Below, one piece after another: positions 42,026 through 51,769 of a DNA stretch of 64,000 bases. The notes beneath the pieces are model-generated. The model was given only the letters and a program-made list of their open reading frames with translations. It searched no databases and was not told where the DNA came from. How positions within the stretch are numbered: position 1 is the stretch's first letter; the number at the start of each line of letters is the position of its first letter. The position numbers and the translations under genes were made by a program. The DNA lies in assembly GCA_050253415.1 (NCBI GenBank), contig JBFWJC010000002.1, positions 416,001 through 480,000 of the forward strand. Direction: 5' to 3'. Origin of the DNA: Pedobacter sp. (GTDB lineage: Bacteria > Desulfobacterota > Desulfuromonadia > Desulfuromonadales > Syntrophotaleaceae).

Positions 42026-44370
42026 CTCCTGTCGGCGGGATGCAGGCATGCTACGCCTGGCTGGCGCTGCGTCGCAAAAGAATGTACCTGTTGTGTCTCA
42101 CGCTGCTGGTGCTGTGCGGCGCGACCATGCTCACGTTGCAGGTCCGGGACGATATCGGCATCATGCTGCCTGCTTCGGCAACCCTGCAGCGCAGCCTTGC
42201 CCTGATGGACATGACCCCGTTTGCCCGCACGGTGTTTATAGAATTGCAGGACCACAATGCCGGCGGCGCGGGAGACCAGCTGGTGGCTGTCGCGAAGGCG
42301 GTTACCGCAAAGCTGAAACCGCCGCATTTTTCGCCGGTGTTGCCGGACAACCAGGCCATCCCCTCCCCGGGGGAGTTGCTGCGCCTGCTGCCATCGCTGG
42401 TCGATGCCGCCGACCTGGCAGATCTGGAAACACGGATCAGCCCCGAGGCGATGTCCCGGCGCATGGCAGGCAATTATACGGCTTTGCTGGGCATGAACGG
42501 GGTGCTTTCCAAACGCTTCATTCAGGTCGACCCGCTAGGGTTCCTGGAAGTACTGCTGGCCAAATGGAATCGCTTGCACATGTTTGGCGGGGCCCGGATG
42601 CAGGACGGTTTTTTGCTCAAACCGGACGGACGCACCCTGTTGATCATGCTCAAAACCGATGTGTCCGTGACCGATGCCGGCCAGTCGGAGACGCTGATGG
42701 GGGAGATCGATGCTGCCCTTGAGAGTCTTCCGGCGGGTATCGAAGCCACCGTTCTCAGTGGGCATCGTTATGCGTTGGCCAATGCGCGCACCATTAAAAG
42801 CGATCTTAAGCGGGTGTTTAGCACCTCCGCCCTGGGATTGTTGCTGATCTTCATGGTTTTTATCCGCTCGCGGGATGTGGTGTGGATTGCCTTGCTGCCG
42901 GGCGCCGTGTTGCTGATTGCCGGCGCGGTACTGGCCTGGTGTTACGATGCCGTGTCCGGCATTACCCTCGGTTTTGGCGCTGTGCTGCTCGGCATCACCG
43001 TTGATTTTGCGCTGCATGTCTGGTTTGCCCTGCGGCATGCCGGGGGCACGCCCGGCCAGGCCGTGGCCCGCGTGGCGCGACCCGTTTTATATGGCGCCAT
43101 GACCTCCATGGGAGCTTTTGCCGCGTTATTGACCTCGGATATCACAGGTATTCGTCAGTTGGCCGTGTTTGCGCTGGTCGGGTTGGTGAGCGGCCTGTTG
43201 CTGGCCTTGCTGGTGTTGCCGCATCTGGTACATCCTGCCGGTGTCCGGCAGGCGGCCCCGTTGCAGGCCGGAACCGGGCGCTGGAACCTGCCGCTGGCGG
43301 CATTGGTGGTCGTCGCCCTCGGGATTGGCCTCTGGGCGGGTGCCGGTGTGGGGATCGATCGGCAGTTACGTTCTGTCGGCATGTTCACCGAGGAATTGCA
43401 GCAGGCAGAACAGCGCATCCGCCACAACTGGGGCGGTGCCAGGGATTCGGCGGTGCTGTTCGCGGAAGGTACGACCCTCGATCAGGCTCTGGAGCGCAAC
43501 CACCGGTTGGCGCAGGTGTTGGCGGACCAGCTGCCGGACAGCGGTGTTGTCTCTCTCGATAGCTTGTGGCCACCGGCTTCGGTGCAGCATGCCAATCGGG
43601 CACGCTGGGCCCGATTCGTCGCAGAGCATGGTCGCGAGATGACCTCGGAGCTGTCCGTCGTTGCTGCCGGCTACGGCTTCTCGTCGCAGGCGTTCGCCCC
43701 CTTTACCGGATTTTTGAACGAACCGCCCTCGCGTCTCGACCCCGAATTTTTTGACCGGGCCGGAGTGGGATCGTTGAACGGTTTTTTACACGTGGTCGAC
43801 GGGGGCAAACAGTATATGCTGAGCTTGCTGCCCGATACCCTTGAGCTGCGACAGCTGGCAGCTTCCGGCGGCTTGCCCGAGGGAGTGACCCTGGTCTCCA
43901 GCCAGGCTCTGGGGGGCCTGCTTGGACAGGCTATCAGCAAGGATTTTATCGTTTTCGTCGGTGTGGCGTGCGGCAGCATGTTTTTGTTGTTGCTGATGTT
44001 TTTTCGCCGTTTTGGATTCGCCCTGCTGGCCATGGTGCCGTTAGTGAGCGGTATCGTTGCGGTGTTGCTGCTGATGCGTGTAAGCGGTGGTTCCTTCAAC
44101 CTGTTCAACGTGGTGGCCTTACCGCTGGTCATCGGCCTCGGCGCCGATTACGGTATATTCATGGTGTGCAAGGCGCGCTCCGTCGCGGATCTCGGCACCT
44201 CCAGAGCGGTGCTGGTATCCGGTCTCACCACGGTGGTTGGCTTCGGCGCGCTGGTCCTGGCGCGACACCCCGGCCTGCATACCCTCGGCTGCACCGTACT
44301 GGTCGGAGTCGGCGTGGCGATCCCGGTGGCATTGGTGCTGGTACCGGCCCTGTACAGGCGGACCGCATGA
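42022..44370 (+). CDS. MMPL/RND family exporter
   Basis: 782 aa, two TM bundles, GITVDFALH and GLGADYGIF. Confidence 0.9.
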   Translation: MTPVGGMQACYAWLALRRKRMYLLCLTLLVLCGATMLTLQVRDDIGIMLPASATLQRSLALMDMTPFARTVFIELQDHNAGGAGDQLVAVAKAVTAKLKPPHFSPVLPDNQAIPSPGELLRLLPSLVDAADLADLETRISPEAMSRRMAGNYTALLGMNGVLSKRFIQVDPLGFLEVLLAKWNRLHMFGGARMQDGFLLKPDGRTLLIMLKTDVSVTDAGQSETLMGEIDAALESLPAGIEATVLSGHRYALANARTIKSDLKRVFSTSALGLLLIFMVFIRSRDVVWIALLPGAVLLIAGAVLAWCYDAVSGITLGFGAVLLGITVDFALHVWFALRHAGGTPGQAVARVARPVLYGAMTSMGAFAALLTSDITGIRQLAVFALVGLVSGLLLALLVLPHLVHPAGVRQAAPLQAGTGRWNLPLAALVVVALGIGLWAGAGVGIDRQLRSVGMFTEELQQAEQRIRHNWGGARDSAVLFAEGTTLDQALERNHRLAQVLADQLPDSGVVSLDSLWPPASVQHANRARWARFVAEHGREMTSELSVVAAGYGFSSQAFAPFTGFLNEPPSRLDPEFFDRAGVGSLNGFLHVVDGGKQYMLSLLPDTLELRQLAASGGLPEGVTLVSSQALGGLLGQAISKDFIVFVGVACGSMFLLLLMFFRRFGFALLAMVPLVSGIVAVLLLMRVSGGSFNLFNVVALPLVIGLGADYGIFMVCKARSVADLGTSRAVLVSGLTTVVGFGALVLARHPGLHTLGCTVLVGVGVAIPVALVLVPALYRRTA

Positions 44371-45047
44371 AATATCCACTGCTACTGGCAGCGCTGCTGG
44401 TGCTGTTGTGCGGATGCGCCGTGCCATCCCTCGATCCGCCCGGCACCGCCGCGCCAAGTCCCCGGTCCGAAGCCCTGGCGGGGAGCTTCTGGGGCCATAG
44501 CGGCCATCTGTTCCAGGGGCGTTACAGTGCGGTGCTGGAGTGGGATGATCATCTGGTCACTTTTCAGGGGGTGCTGGAGGTCGACACCTTGCAGCGGCAG
44601 GCCCGTCTGGTGGCTCTGTCCGACCTGGGGGCCCGGTTGTTTGATGTCACCCTGACCCCGGAGCAGACCTCGGTGCATACGTCGCTGCCGCATCTCGGCA
44701 TATCGCGCATGCGCAAGCGGGTCGTGACAGCCGTGCGCCGGATGCTGCTTACGCATCTTCCCGGAATTCATGACGGCGTGACGCTCGATACCCAACCCCG
44801 CTTGAGCCGCTGCAGCCATGACGTCTGTCTGGTTTGCGGATTTGATCCCGATACGGGGTTGTTGCTTTACAAACAATATCGCACCCGCCAACCTCTGTGG
44901 CGTGTTACTTTTAGCGATTACCGGCAGTCAGGCGGTTATCAGGTGCCTCGGCGGTTCGCGTATAACGATAGCCGTGAGGGCGATAGCCTGACGATGGAAT
45001 GGAACCCGGAAAGAAAAAGTCTGAACCATGAGTCAATTACGCACTGA
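44367..45047 (+). CDS. Lipoprotein, DUF3261-like
   Basis: MKYPLLLAALLVLLCGC lipobox; LVALSDLGARLFD; ATGA overlap with the MMPL stop. Confidence 0.7.
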   Translation: MKYPLLLAALLVLLCGCAVPSLDPPGTAAPSPRSEALAGSFWGHSGHLFQGRYSAVLEWDDHLVTFQGVLEVDTLQRQARLVALSDLGARLFDVTLTPEQTSVHTSLPHLGISRMRKRVVTAVRRMLLTHLPGIHDGVTLDTQPRLSRCSHDVCLVCGFDPDTGLLLYKQYRTRQPLWRVTFSDYRQSGGYQVPRRFAYNDSREGDSLTMEWNPERKSLNHESITH

Positions 45048-45426
45048 ACTCGCATCGCACACCCTGGGGCCTGCACGCAAGTGTGCCGACGGATGGCACC
45101 AGTCCTTCTGTCTGCCCGAGTCGTTTGCCGGTTTTGAGGGGCATTTCCCCGATAACCCGGTGGTGCCGGCCGTGGTGCAGCTGCTGATGGGATTGCAGCT
45201 GGCGGAAGCGGCAGCAGGCAAAGCCCTGGCCATTGTCCAGGTAGTCAAGGCCAAGTTTCTGCAACCCTTGCGGCCCCTTGAAACGATTGAGGTTTGTTGC
45301 GTGCAGGAGCAAGAGGACGGCTTGTGCTGCAAGGTTGAAATTTCATCCGCATCCGGTATGGCATCGCAGTTCCGGCTCATTCTGTCGGCATCCGCGGAGC
45401 ATCGGCAAGGAAAGGGCGGGGAATGA
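45028..45426 (+). CDS. FabZ/ApeI-like dehydratase
   Basis: F.GHFPDNPVVPAV, AKFLQPLRP. Confidence 0.85.
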   Translation: MSQLRTELASHTLGPARKCADGWHQSFCLPESFAGFEGHFPDNPVVPAVVQLLMGLQLAEAAAGKALAIVQVVKAKFLQPLRPLETIEVCCVQEQEDGLCCKVEISSASGMASQFRLILSASAEHRQGKGGE

Positions 45427-45875
45427 GAAAACCGTATTTCCCGGACAAAAAAGGTCCATCTCCATTGAGCTTTACCGTTGAACGCCGGGTGCGTTTTGAA
45501 GAGGTCGATCCTCTCGGCATCGTCTGGCACGGGCGCTATGCGAGCTATTTCGAAGATGCCCGCGTCGCCCATGGCGACCACTTCGGCATCGGTTACCTGG
45601 ACTTTTACAAATACGGCATCACCACCCCGATCAAACAGTTTCACGTCGATTACGCCCAGCCATTGATCTACGGGGAAACGTATGCCATCGAGGCCCGGCT
45701 GCACTGGACCGAAGCGGCGCGGCTGAATTATGAATTTTTCATCACCAATGCCACCGGTGACCTGCTGACGCGCGGTTACTCGGTGCAACTGATGGTTGAT
45801 GAGCATCGCGAGTTGCTGGTTTTCCCGCCCGAATTTTACGTGGAATTCCTGGAAAGTTGGCGGGTGAATCAATAA
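45423..45875 (+). CDS. 4HBT-family acyl-CoA/ACP thioesterase
   Basis: VRFEEVDPLGIVWHGRY..YFEDAR. Confidence 0.92.
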   Translation: MRKPYFPDKKGPSPLSFTVERRVRFEEVDPLGIVWHGRYASYFEDARVAHGDHFGIGYLDFYKYGITTPIKQFHVDYAQPLIYGETYAIEARLHWTEAARLNYEFFITNATGDLLTRGYSVQLMVDEHRELLVFPPEFYVEFLESWRVNQ

Positions 45876-45958
45876 ATGAGGTTGCTGAAGATGTTGATTC
45901 AAATAGTTGGCCCGTTTGGCCTCCACGCTGCGCTGAGATCAGGACGGGTGTGCCCAAT

Positions 45959-47128
45959 ATGAGCGCCTTGTGCAAGTGGCTGGTGGTCGTTCCGGTCTAT
46001 AACCACGGAGGGACGCTGCGTCAGGTGGTTGAGCAGACTCTGACGATCCACCCCCATGTCCTGGTGGTGGATGACGGCAGCACCGATGGCGGAGCCGATA
46101 CCCTTGCAGGGCTGCCGTGCGAGATCGTTCGCCATCCTGCCAACCGCGGTAAGGGGGCGGCCATTCTCAGTGGCGCGGCCTTCGCCCGTGAACGGGGCAT
46201 GACGCACATCATCACCCTGGATGCCGATGGACAGCATGATCCAGCCGATATCCCGAAGTTCTTTCCGCCGATCACTTCCGAGCCAACGGCGATCGTGGTC
46301 GGAGCGAGGGATTTCAGCGTACCCAATATTCCGGGCAGTTCCCGCTTCGGACGCAAATTTTCCCGCTTCTGGTTGCGGGTGCAGACCGGTTGCGATGTCA
46401 GCGACGTGCAGAGCGGTTTTCGTGCTTATCCGGTGCAGGTGCTGGAACAGCTGGCGCTGGGCGAAACAGGCTACGCTTTTGAGGTTGAAGTGCTGGTCAA
46501 GGCGGCCTGGGCCGGATTTCCGCTGCGCGATATCGACATCTCCGTTTACTATCCGGAGCCGGACAAGCGCGTATCGCACTTCGACAAGCTGCGGGACAAT
46601 GTCCGCATCAGTTTGCTCAACACGCGGCTTACCACCCGTTCCATGTTGCCGGTGCCGCATCGCAAATATGCCGTCGACGGCGAGGGCAGGGTGAGCGTGA
46701 TTCGCCCGTTGCGTTCGTTGCGGCTGCTGCTGGCGGACAATGCCACCCCCCGTGAACTGGCCCTGTCGGGGATGCTGGGCATGGCATTGGGGACCTTGCC
46801 GCTTATCGGCCTGCACTCCATCAGTATTTTATTCTCCGCCGGCTATCTGCGCCTTAACCGTATCTGCGCCCTGGCCGTGAGCCAGCTGTGCATGCCGCCG
46901 CTGGTGCCGGCGTTGTGTATCGAAGCAGGCTATTTTATGCGGCATGGACGGTTTTTGACCGAAATCTCCATGGAGACCCTCGGTCATCAGGTGCTGCAAC
47001 GGTTGGGGGATTATGTCCTCGGCTCCGTGGCTATGGCGCCGGTACTGGCATTGCTGGTGGCCGGTCCTTTGTATGGCCTGGCCTGCCTGGTGCAGCGCAG
47101 CCTTAAACCGGGAGTGCGGCATGAGTAG
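45959..47128 (+). CDS. GT2 glycosyltransferase fused to DUF2062
   Basis: VVPVYN, VDDGSTD, NRGKG, DADGQH, D.QSGFRAYP, SHF...RDN; hydrophobic C-terminal domain. Start uncertain. Confidence 0.9.
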   Translation: MSALCKWLVVVPVYNHGGTLRQVVEQTLTIHPHVLVVDDGSTDGGADTLAGLPCEIVRHPANRGKGAAILSGAAFARERGMTHIITLDADGQHDPADIPKFFPPITSEPTAIVVGARDFSVPNIPGSSRFGRKFSRFWLRVQTGCDVSDVQSGFRAYPVQVLEQLALGETGYAFEVEVLVKAAWAGFPLRDIDISVYYPEPDKRVSHFDKLRDNVRISLLNTRLTTRSMLPVPHRKYAVDGEGRVSVIRPLRSLRLLLADNATPRELALSGMLGMALGTLPLIGLHSISILFSAGYLRLNRICALAVSQLCMPPLVPALCIEAGYFMRHGRFLTEISMETLGHQVLQRLGDYVLGSVAMAPVLALLVAGPLYGLACLVQRSLKPGVRHE

Positions 47129-48032
47129 TCCTGCGGCAAAAACCGCCTGGTCGAGCAAAAGCCTCGGAAACCGTTTCCAGCATCAGATCTTTTATGCTCT
47201 GCTGCGTCTGGCCGGACCCTGGCCGGCTTACGGGCTACTGCATCTGGTGGTGTTCTGGTACAATCTGCGGCCGTCGGTAAGGCGCAACGCCGGCTACTTC
47301 CTTGCCCGGCGTTTCGGACGACAGGCCTGGCCGCAGAGCTTCTGGCAGAGCTTCCGGCTTAGCCTGTCTTTCGGCAAGGTGCTGCTGGACCGGGCCATGC
47401 TCGGGGTGTTGGGGCGTGGCGAGGTGACGGTCGCTGCGGAGGATATGGACAATCTGCGCCAGATGTTGGCCCGTGGCCGGGGGGTGGTGATGCTCAATGC
47501 CCACTTCGGTTGTTGGCAAACCGGCATGGCGGGCCTGGAAGCCATCGACCGGCCGGTGAATATCGTTCTGCAAAAAGGCGCGGGCGATGTGGACAAGCAC
47601 TATTTCGAGCATCGCTCCGGGCAGGCCGTGGTTAATCTTATCGATCCCAACGGACCTTTCGGGGGGACTCTCGATATGCTGGCGGCGCTCAAGCGCAACG
47701 AAATCGTCTGCATTATGGGCGATCGGGTGGTGGATGGCGACGCGAACACCGTTGCCGTTGATTTTATGGGTGGCACAGTACGCATGCCGTTTTCCATTTA
47801 TGCCATCGCCTCGGCGGCCCGTGCTCAGGTTGCCGTAACCTTGATCGAGCGGCAGGGGCCGGGCCTGGCCAAGGTTCATTTTGCCGATTGTTTCGAGGTG
47901 CCGCCCGATTTGGGCAAAAGTCCAGCGGCCTTGCGCCCCTGGGTGCAGCGTTATGCCTGTGCTCTGGAACGCATGGCCTGGCAAAAGCCTTATCAGTTTT
48001 TCAACTTTTTTGATATGTGGGAAAAGGAGTAG
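47121..48032 (+). CDS. LpxL-like lysophospholipid acyltransferase
   Basis: AHFGCW, IMGDR, PYQFFNFFD.W. Confidence 0.85.
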   Translation: MSSPAAKTAWSSKSLGNRFQHQIFYALLRLAGPWPAYGLLHLVVFWYNLRPSVRRNAGYFLARRFGRQAWPQSFWQSFRLSLSFGKVLLDRAMLGVLGRGEVTVAAEDMDNLRQMLARGRGVVMLNAHFGCWQTGMAGLEAIDRPVNIVLQKGAGDVDKHYFEHRSGQAVVNLIDPNGPFGGTLDMLAALKRNEIVCIMGDRVVDGDANTVAVDFMGGTVRMPFSIYAIASAARAQVAVTLIERQGPGLAKVHFADCFEVPPDLGKSPAALRPWVQRYACALERMAWQKPYQFFNFFDMWEKE

Positions 48033-48034
48033 AG

Positions 48035-48286
48035 ATGTCGCTTAAGGAAGAGCTTAAGCAGGCCATTGTAGCCGATCTGAACCTGGAAGATGTGTCTCCG
48101 GATGAAATCGAGGACGACGAACCTTTGTTCGGCGAAGGTCTGGGCCTCGATTCCCTCGATGCGGTCGAGCTTGTCGTGTTGCTGCAAAAGCATTTCGGCA
48201 TCGAGGTCAAGGATATGGAAGAAGGGCGGCAGGCGTTTGTCTCCATCGATGCGCTGGCGGCATTTATAGAGCAACGCCGGGGTTGA
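48035..48286 (+). CDS. Acyl carrier protein
   Basis: PLFGEGLGLDSLDAVEL; GGAG RBS. Confidence 0.95.
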   Translation: MSLKEELKQAIVADLNLEDVSPDEIEDDEPLFGEGLGLDSLDAVELVVLLQKHFGIEVKDMEEGRQAFVSIDALAAFIEQRRG

Positions 48287-48287
48287 T

Positions 48288-49475
48288 ATGACGGGCACTG
48301 TTTGTGTAACCGGGCTCGGTTGTCTGTGCGGCGCCGGGGGATCCCTGCCGGAAATCATGCATACCCTGTATGCCGGCCGACGTGCGCCCTGTGCCCCGAC
48401 CAGAATGCGCTGCGAGCATGATGTGGTCTATCCGGTGTTTGAGCTGCCGGCATCCATCGACCTGCCGGTTGATTCCCGGACCAATCGCTCGCTGGCCATG
48501 GCCGTGGTGGCGGCCCGTGAAGCTCTGCAGCAGGCAGGTCTTACGCCGGATCTGCTGGCCGGTAAGCGTGTCGGAGTGTGCCTCGGGACCTCGACCGGAG
48601 CATCCCTCAACCTGCTCGACTATTATGCCAGCCATAAAGCCGGTCAGCCTGGCGATCCCGCCGAAGTGGCCTTGTGGCGGTACAGCAATCCGGGGCTGGG
48701 ACTGGCGCGTATATTGGATCTGAATGGACCGGTCCAGACCGTGGTCAACGCCTGTTCATCCGGCAGCGATGCCGTGGGGATCGCCATGTCCTGGCTGCAA
48801 CAGGGATTGTGTGATGTGGTGCTGGCCGGCGGCACCGACGAGTTGAGCATGGTGCCCTACAACGGGTTTATCCGTCTGATGATCTACGACAGTCAGCCGT
48901 GCCGTCCCTTCGATGTGCGGCGCAAAGGGCTGAATCTCGGCGAAGGCGCCGGCATGCTGGTGTTGGAACGGCGCAGCCACGCCGATCAGCGCGGTGCCGG
49001 GGTGCTGGCGGTAGCAGCCGGCTTCGGCAGTGCTGCCGACGCGCATCATCTGACCGCACCGCATCCCGAAGGCAGCAGCCTGCGATGCGCCACGCAGCAA
49101 GCTCTGGCGCAGGCGGGTATCGATGCCGGGCAGATCGGTTTTATTAACGCCCATGCCACCGCGACCCCGAACAACGACCAGGCTGAGGCGAAGGTCTTGG
49201 CGGATATTTTCCCGCATGCGCCGGTGGTGGCGACCAAGGGGTATACCGGCCATACGCTCGGTGCGGCCGGAGCCATCGAAGCGGTGTTCACCGTGGCGGC
49301 CCTGCGGGATGGCAAACTTCCAGCCAGCATCGGTTGCGAACAGCCGGATCCGGCGTTGCAGGTGACCCCGGTGCAAGTCGAGACTCCTGTGGCTGCGGCG
49401 TACGGCCTGACCCAGTCCCTGGGGTTTGGCGGCAATAACGCGGTGCTGGTATTTGGACGAGGAGATCAGGCATGA
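48288..49475 (+). CDS. Ketosynthase (KS-alpha-like)
   Basis: NACSSG, NAHATAT, KGYTGHTLGA. Confidence 0.92.
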   Translation: MTGTVCVTGLGCLCGAGGSLPEIMHTLYAGRRAPCAPTRMRCEHDVVYPVFELPASIDLPVDSRTNRSLAMAVVAAREALQQAGLTPDLLAGKRVGVCLGTSTGASLNLLDYYASHKAGQPGDPAEVALWRYSNPGLGLARILDLNGPVQTVVNACSSGSDAVGIAMSWLQQGLCDVVLAGGTDELSMVPYNGFIRLMIYDSQPCRPFDVRRKGLNLGEGAGMLVLERRSHADQRGAGVLAVAAGFGSAADAHHLTAPHPEGSSLRCATQQALAQAGIDAGQIGFINAHATATPNNDQAEAKVLADIFPHAPVVATKGYTGHTLGAAGAIEAVFTVAALRDGKLPASIGCEQPDPALQVTPVQVETPVAAAYGLTQSLGFGGNNAVLVFGRGDQA

Positions 49476-50281
49476 GGCTTGCCATTGATGGCCTGGGCCT
49501 GGTCGGGCCCTTTGGGCTCGGTAGCGGCGCCCTTCAAGCAGCGCAGAATGTATCAGCCATGCCGGCGCAGGCCGATGTTGCCGAACTGGCCCGGTTTTTT
49601 AACAAGCGCGAACTGCGGCGGGTTTCGCATTTTTGCCGGTTGGCATTGTTGGGGGCGACCCTGGCGGTGGAAGACGGCTGCTTCGCCGGCATCGACAAGG
49701 AGCGCATCGGGCTGATTCTGGCCACCGGGCATGGTCCGGTCGCCACGACCTTCGATTTTCTCGACTCCATGTATGAATTCGGCGCCAAGCTGGCTTCCCC
49801 GACGGCTTTTTCCACCTCCATTCACAATGTGGCGGCCTCTACCATTTCCATTATGTCCGGCTACACCGGTCCCTGTCTGACCGTCAACCAGTTCGCCATG
49901 TCCTGGGCTTCGGCCTTGTTGACGGCCTGGTGCTGGCTGGCCGAATCCCGCGTGGAGCGGGTGCTGGTCGGCGCGGTCGACGAATATCAGCCGCTGCTGG
50001 TCGAGGCCGCACGTCAGGCAGATTGTCCGTTGGCTACCGGCGAGGGCGCCGTATTTCTGGCCCTGTCCGCTGCGGAATCTGGCCGTTACGGCCTGATCAC
50101 CGACGTGGCCATGGGCAACCTTGCTCCTCCGGCATCGCCGTCACCCCTGCCTTACGAACTGCCCGCCGGTCAGGCCTTTGCCCTTGCCGCCGCGCTGGTA
50201 AACGGTGCGTTCGGCCAACCGTTGGTAGCCACAGAGCCCGACGGCGCATGGAGCACCATCACCCTGGGGCCGCCTTTATGA
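49472..50281 (+). CDS. Chain-length-factor-like truncated ketosynthase
   Basis: LRR, SPTAFSTSIHN, LVGAVDE; no catalytic Cys or His; 269 aa. Confidence 0.85.
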   Translation: MRLAIDGLGLVGPFGLGSGALQAAQNVSAMPAQADVAELARFFNKRELRRVSHFCRLALLGATLAVEDGCFAGIDKERIGLILATGHGPVATTFDFLDSMYEFGAKLASPTAFSTSIHNVAASTISIMSGYTGPCLTVNQFAMSWASALLTAWCWLAESRVERVLVGAVDEYQPLLVEAARQADCPLATGEGAVFLALSAAESGRYGLITDVAMGNLAPPASPSPLPYELPAGQAFALAAALVNGAFGQPLVATEPDGAWSTITLGPPL

Positions 50282-51489
50282 CGATGGCGGATCGCATGTC
50301 CCTCGACAAGGAAGTCTTGCGTCGCGTGCTGCACAGCATGCTGCGCTCTCTGGTGTGGAATAAAAATGATTGGGCCGCTGAAAGTCGGCTGGTCGAAGAT
50401 GCCATGGCACCGGTAGCACAGATTCTGCAGACCGCTACGGCCAGCGAGCTGAGCGAGGTGGCCGGCCGCTTTGCGGGGATGTTCGGTTGCGGCAGCCTTG
50501 CCGACCGGTTGACGCCGCAGATGAGCTGTGAGGAGTGGCTGGAGTGCCTGGTGGCCGGTGGCGCGCTGGAGGTCTCCCTTGTCACCTTCCATAGCTCCGG
50601 TTCGACCGGCGAACCGACTGCTTGTCCGCAACCGCTCTCGGTATTGTGGCAGGAGGTGGGCGAGTTGGGAAGACTGTCCGGCGACCGGCAGCGGTTGGTC
50701 AGTGTCGTGCCTCAGCACCATATCTACGGGTTTTTGTTCTCGGTCCTGTTGCCTTGCCAGTTGGGGGTGTCGACCGAACTGCTGCCGCCTTTTCCCGGTG
50801 CCGGACTGTCCGCTTTGTTGCGGGAGGGGGATTTGCTGATAGCCTTCCCCGCATTCTGGAAAAGCCTTACGCTACTGGGCCTGCGGTTTCCCGCCGGGGT
50901 GCGGGGGGTGACCTCCACCGGACCGTGTCCGCCGCAGATCATAGAGCAATTGCGTCAGCAGGGGCTTGAGGCCATGCTGGAGGTTTACGGTTCCTCGGAG
51001 ACCAGCGGCGTCGGTTATCGTTGGAAGCCGACCGCACCTTACAGCCTGTTTCGCTTCTGGCAGCCGGTTGCTCTGCAGCAGCCGAGCCCCGATGCCCTCA
51101 TCCGGCATCAGCTCGACGGCCTTCTGGCCGAGCCGGTTATGCTCCCCGACGAGGTGCAATGGGTCGACGAGCGCACCTTCCGCCCTGTGCGTCGCCGCGA
51201 TCAGGCGGTGCAGGTGGCCGGCATCAATGTCTATCCCCAATATGTTGCGTCCTGCCTTAAACAACACCCTGCGGTTGACGACTGCGTCGTGCGCTTGATG
51301 CGTCCCGAAGAAGGGGAGCGCCTTAAGGCTTTCGTGGTCCCCGTCGATCCCGATCAATGTACCACCACCCTGCGCAGCGCGTTGATCGAATGGTGCAAAC
51401 AGCGCCTCAAAAGCGTGGAACAGCCCCGCAGCTTCACCTTCGGGGCGCAATGCCCCACTCAGGGGATGGGCAAGCTGGCCGATTGGTAG
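50278..51489 (+). CDS. Short AMP-dependent acyl/aryl ligase (4-coumarate-CoA ligase-like)
   Basis: SSGSTGEP, VPQHHIYG, EVYGSSETSG, RRDQAVQVAGINVYP, GKL. Confidence 0.85.
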   Translation: MTMADRMSLDKEVLRRVLHSMLRSLVWNKNDWAAESRLVEDAMAPVAQILQTATASELSEVAGRFAGMFGCGSLADRLTPQMSCEEWLECLVAGGALEVSLVTFHSSGSTGEPTACPQPLSVLWQEVGELGRLSGDRQRLVSVVPQHHIYGFLFSVLLPCQLGVSTELLPPFPGAGLSALLREGDLLIAFPAFWKSLTLLGLRFPAGVRGVTSTGPCPPQIIEQLRQQGLEAMLEVYGSSETSGVGYRWKPTAPYSLFRFWQPVALQQPSPDALIRHQLDGLLAEPVMLPDEVQWVDERTFRPVRRRDQAVQVAGINVYPQYVASCLKQHPAVDDCVVRLMRPEEGERLKAFVVPVDPDQCTTTLRSALIEWCKQRLKSVEQPRSFTFGAQCPTQGMGKLADW

Positions 51490-51611
51490 CTGGCCAGCTC
51501 ACTCAACTGCGCCATATTCCGTTTTCTGGTTATGCACTATTTTCAAGTTGCCCCAAATCTTTGAAAATCGGTGCACCGCCAGCGTGAATTGGACAACCAA
51601 ATATATTTTTT

Positions 51612-51715
51612 ACCACGAAGGACACTAAGAGCACGAAGAAATACTGATAAAACAGACCCTTATGGTTGTCTTTTGTCTTAGTTTTCCCCTTCGTGTCCTT
51701 CGTGATCTTCGTGGT
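51612..51715. repeat. Inverted pair of 3x9-mer arrays (nnCACGAAG / CTTCGTGnn)
   Basis: ACCACGAAG GACACTAAG AGCACGAAG ...50 bp... CTTCGTGTC CTTCGTGAT CTTCGTGGT. Confidence 0.85.
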
Positions 51716-51769
51716 TCAAGCTTTTAGATTCTGCGTTTTTCCCGCCACAAGTTAAACCCAACTTCCCGA

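Noticed and set aside
33401..51489. Asserting that the product is a ladderane or a classic aryl polyene pigment
   Set aside because: Gene inventory alone cannot fix the product; only one radical SAM gene and no B12-binding radical SAM or starter-supply gene is seen.
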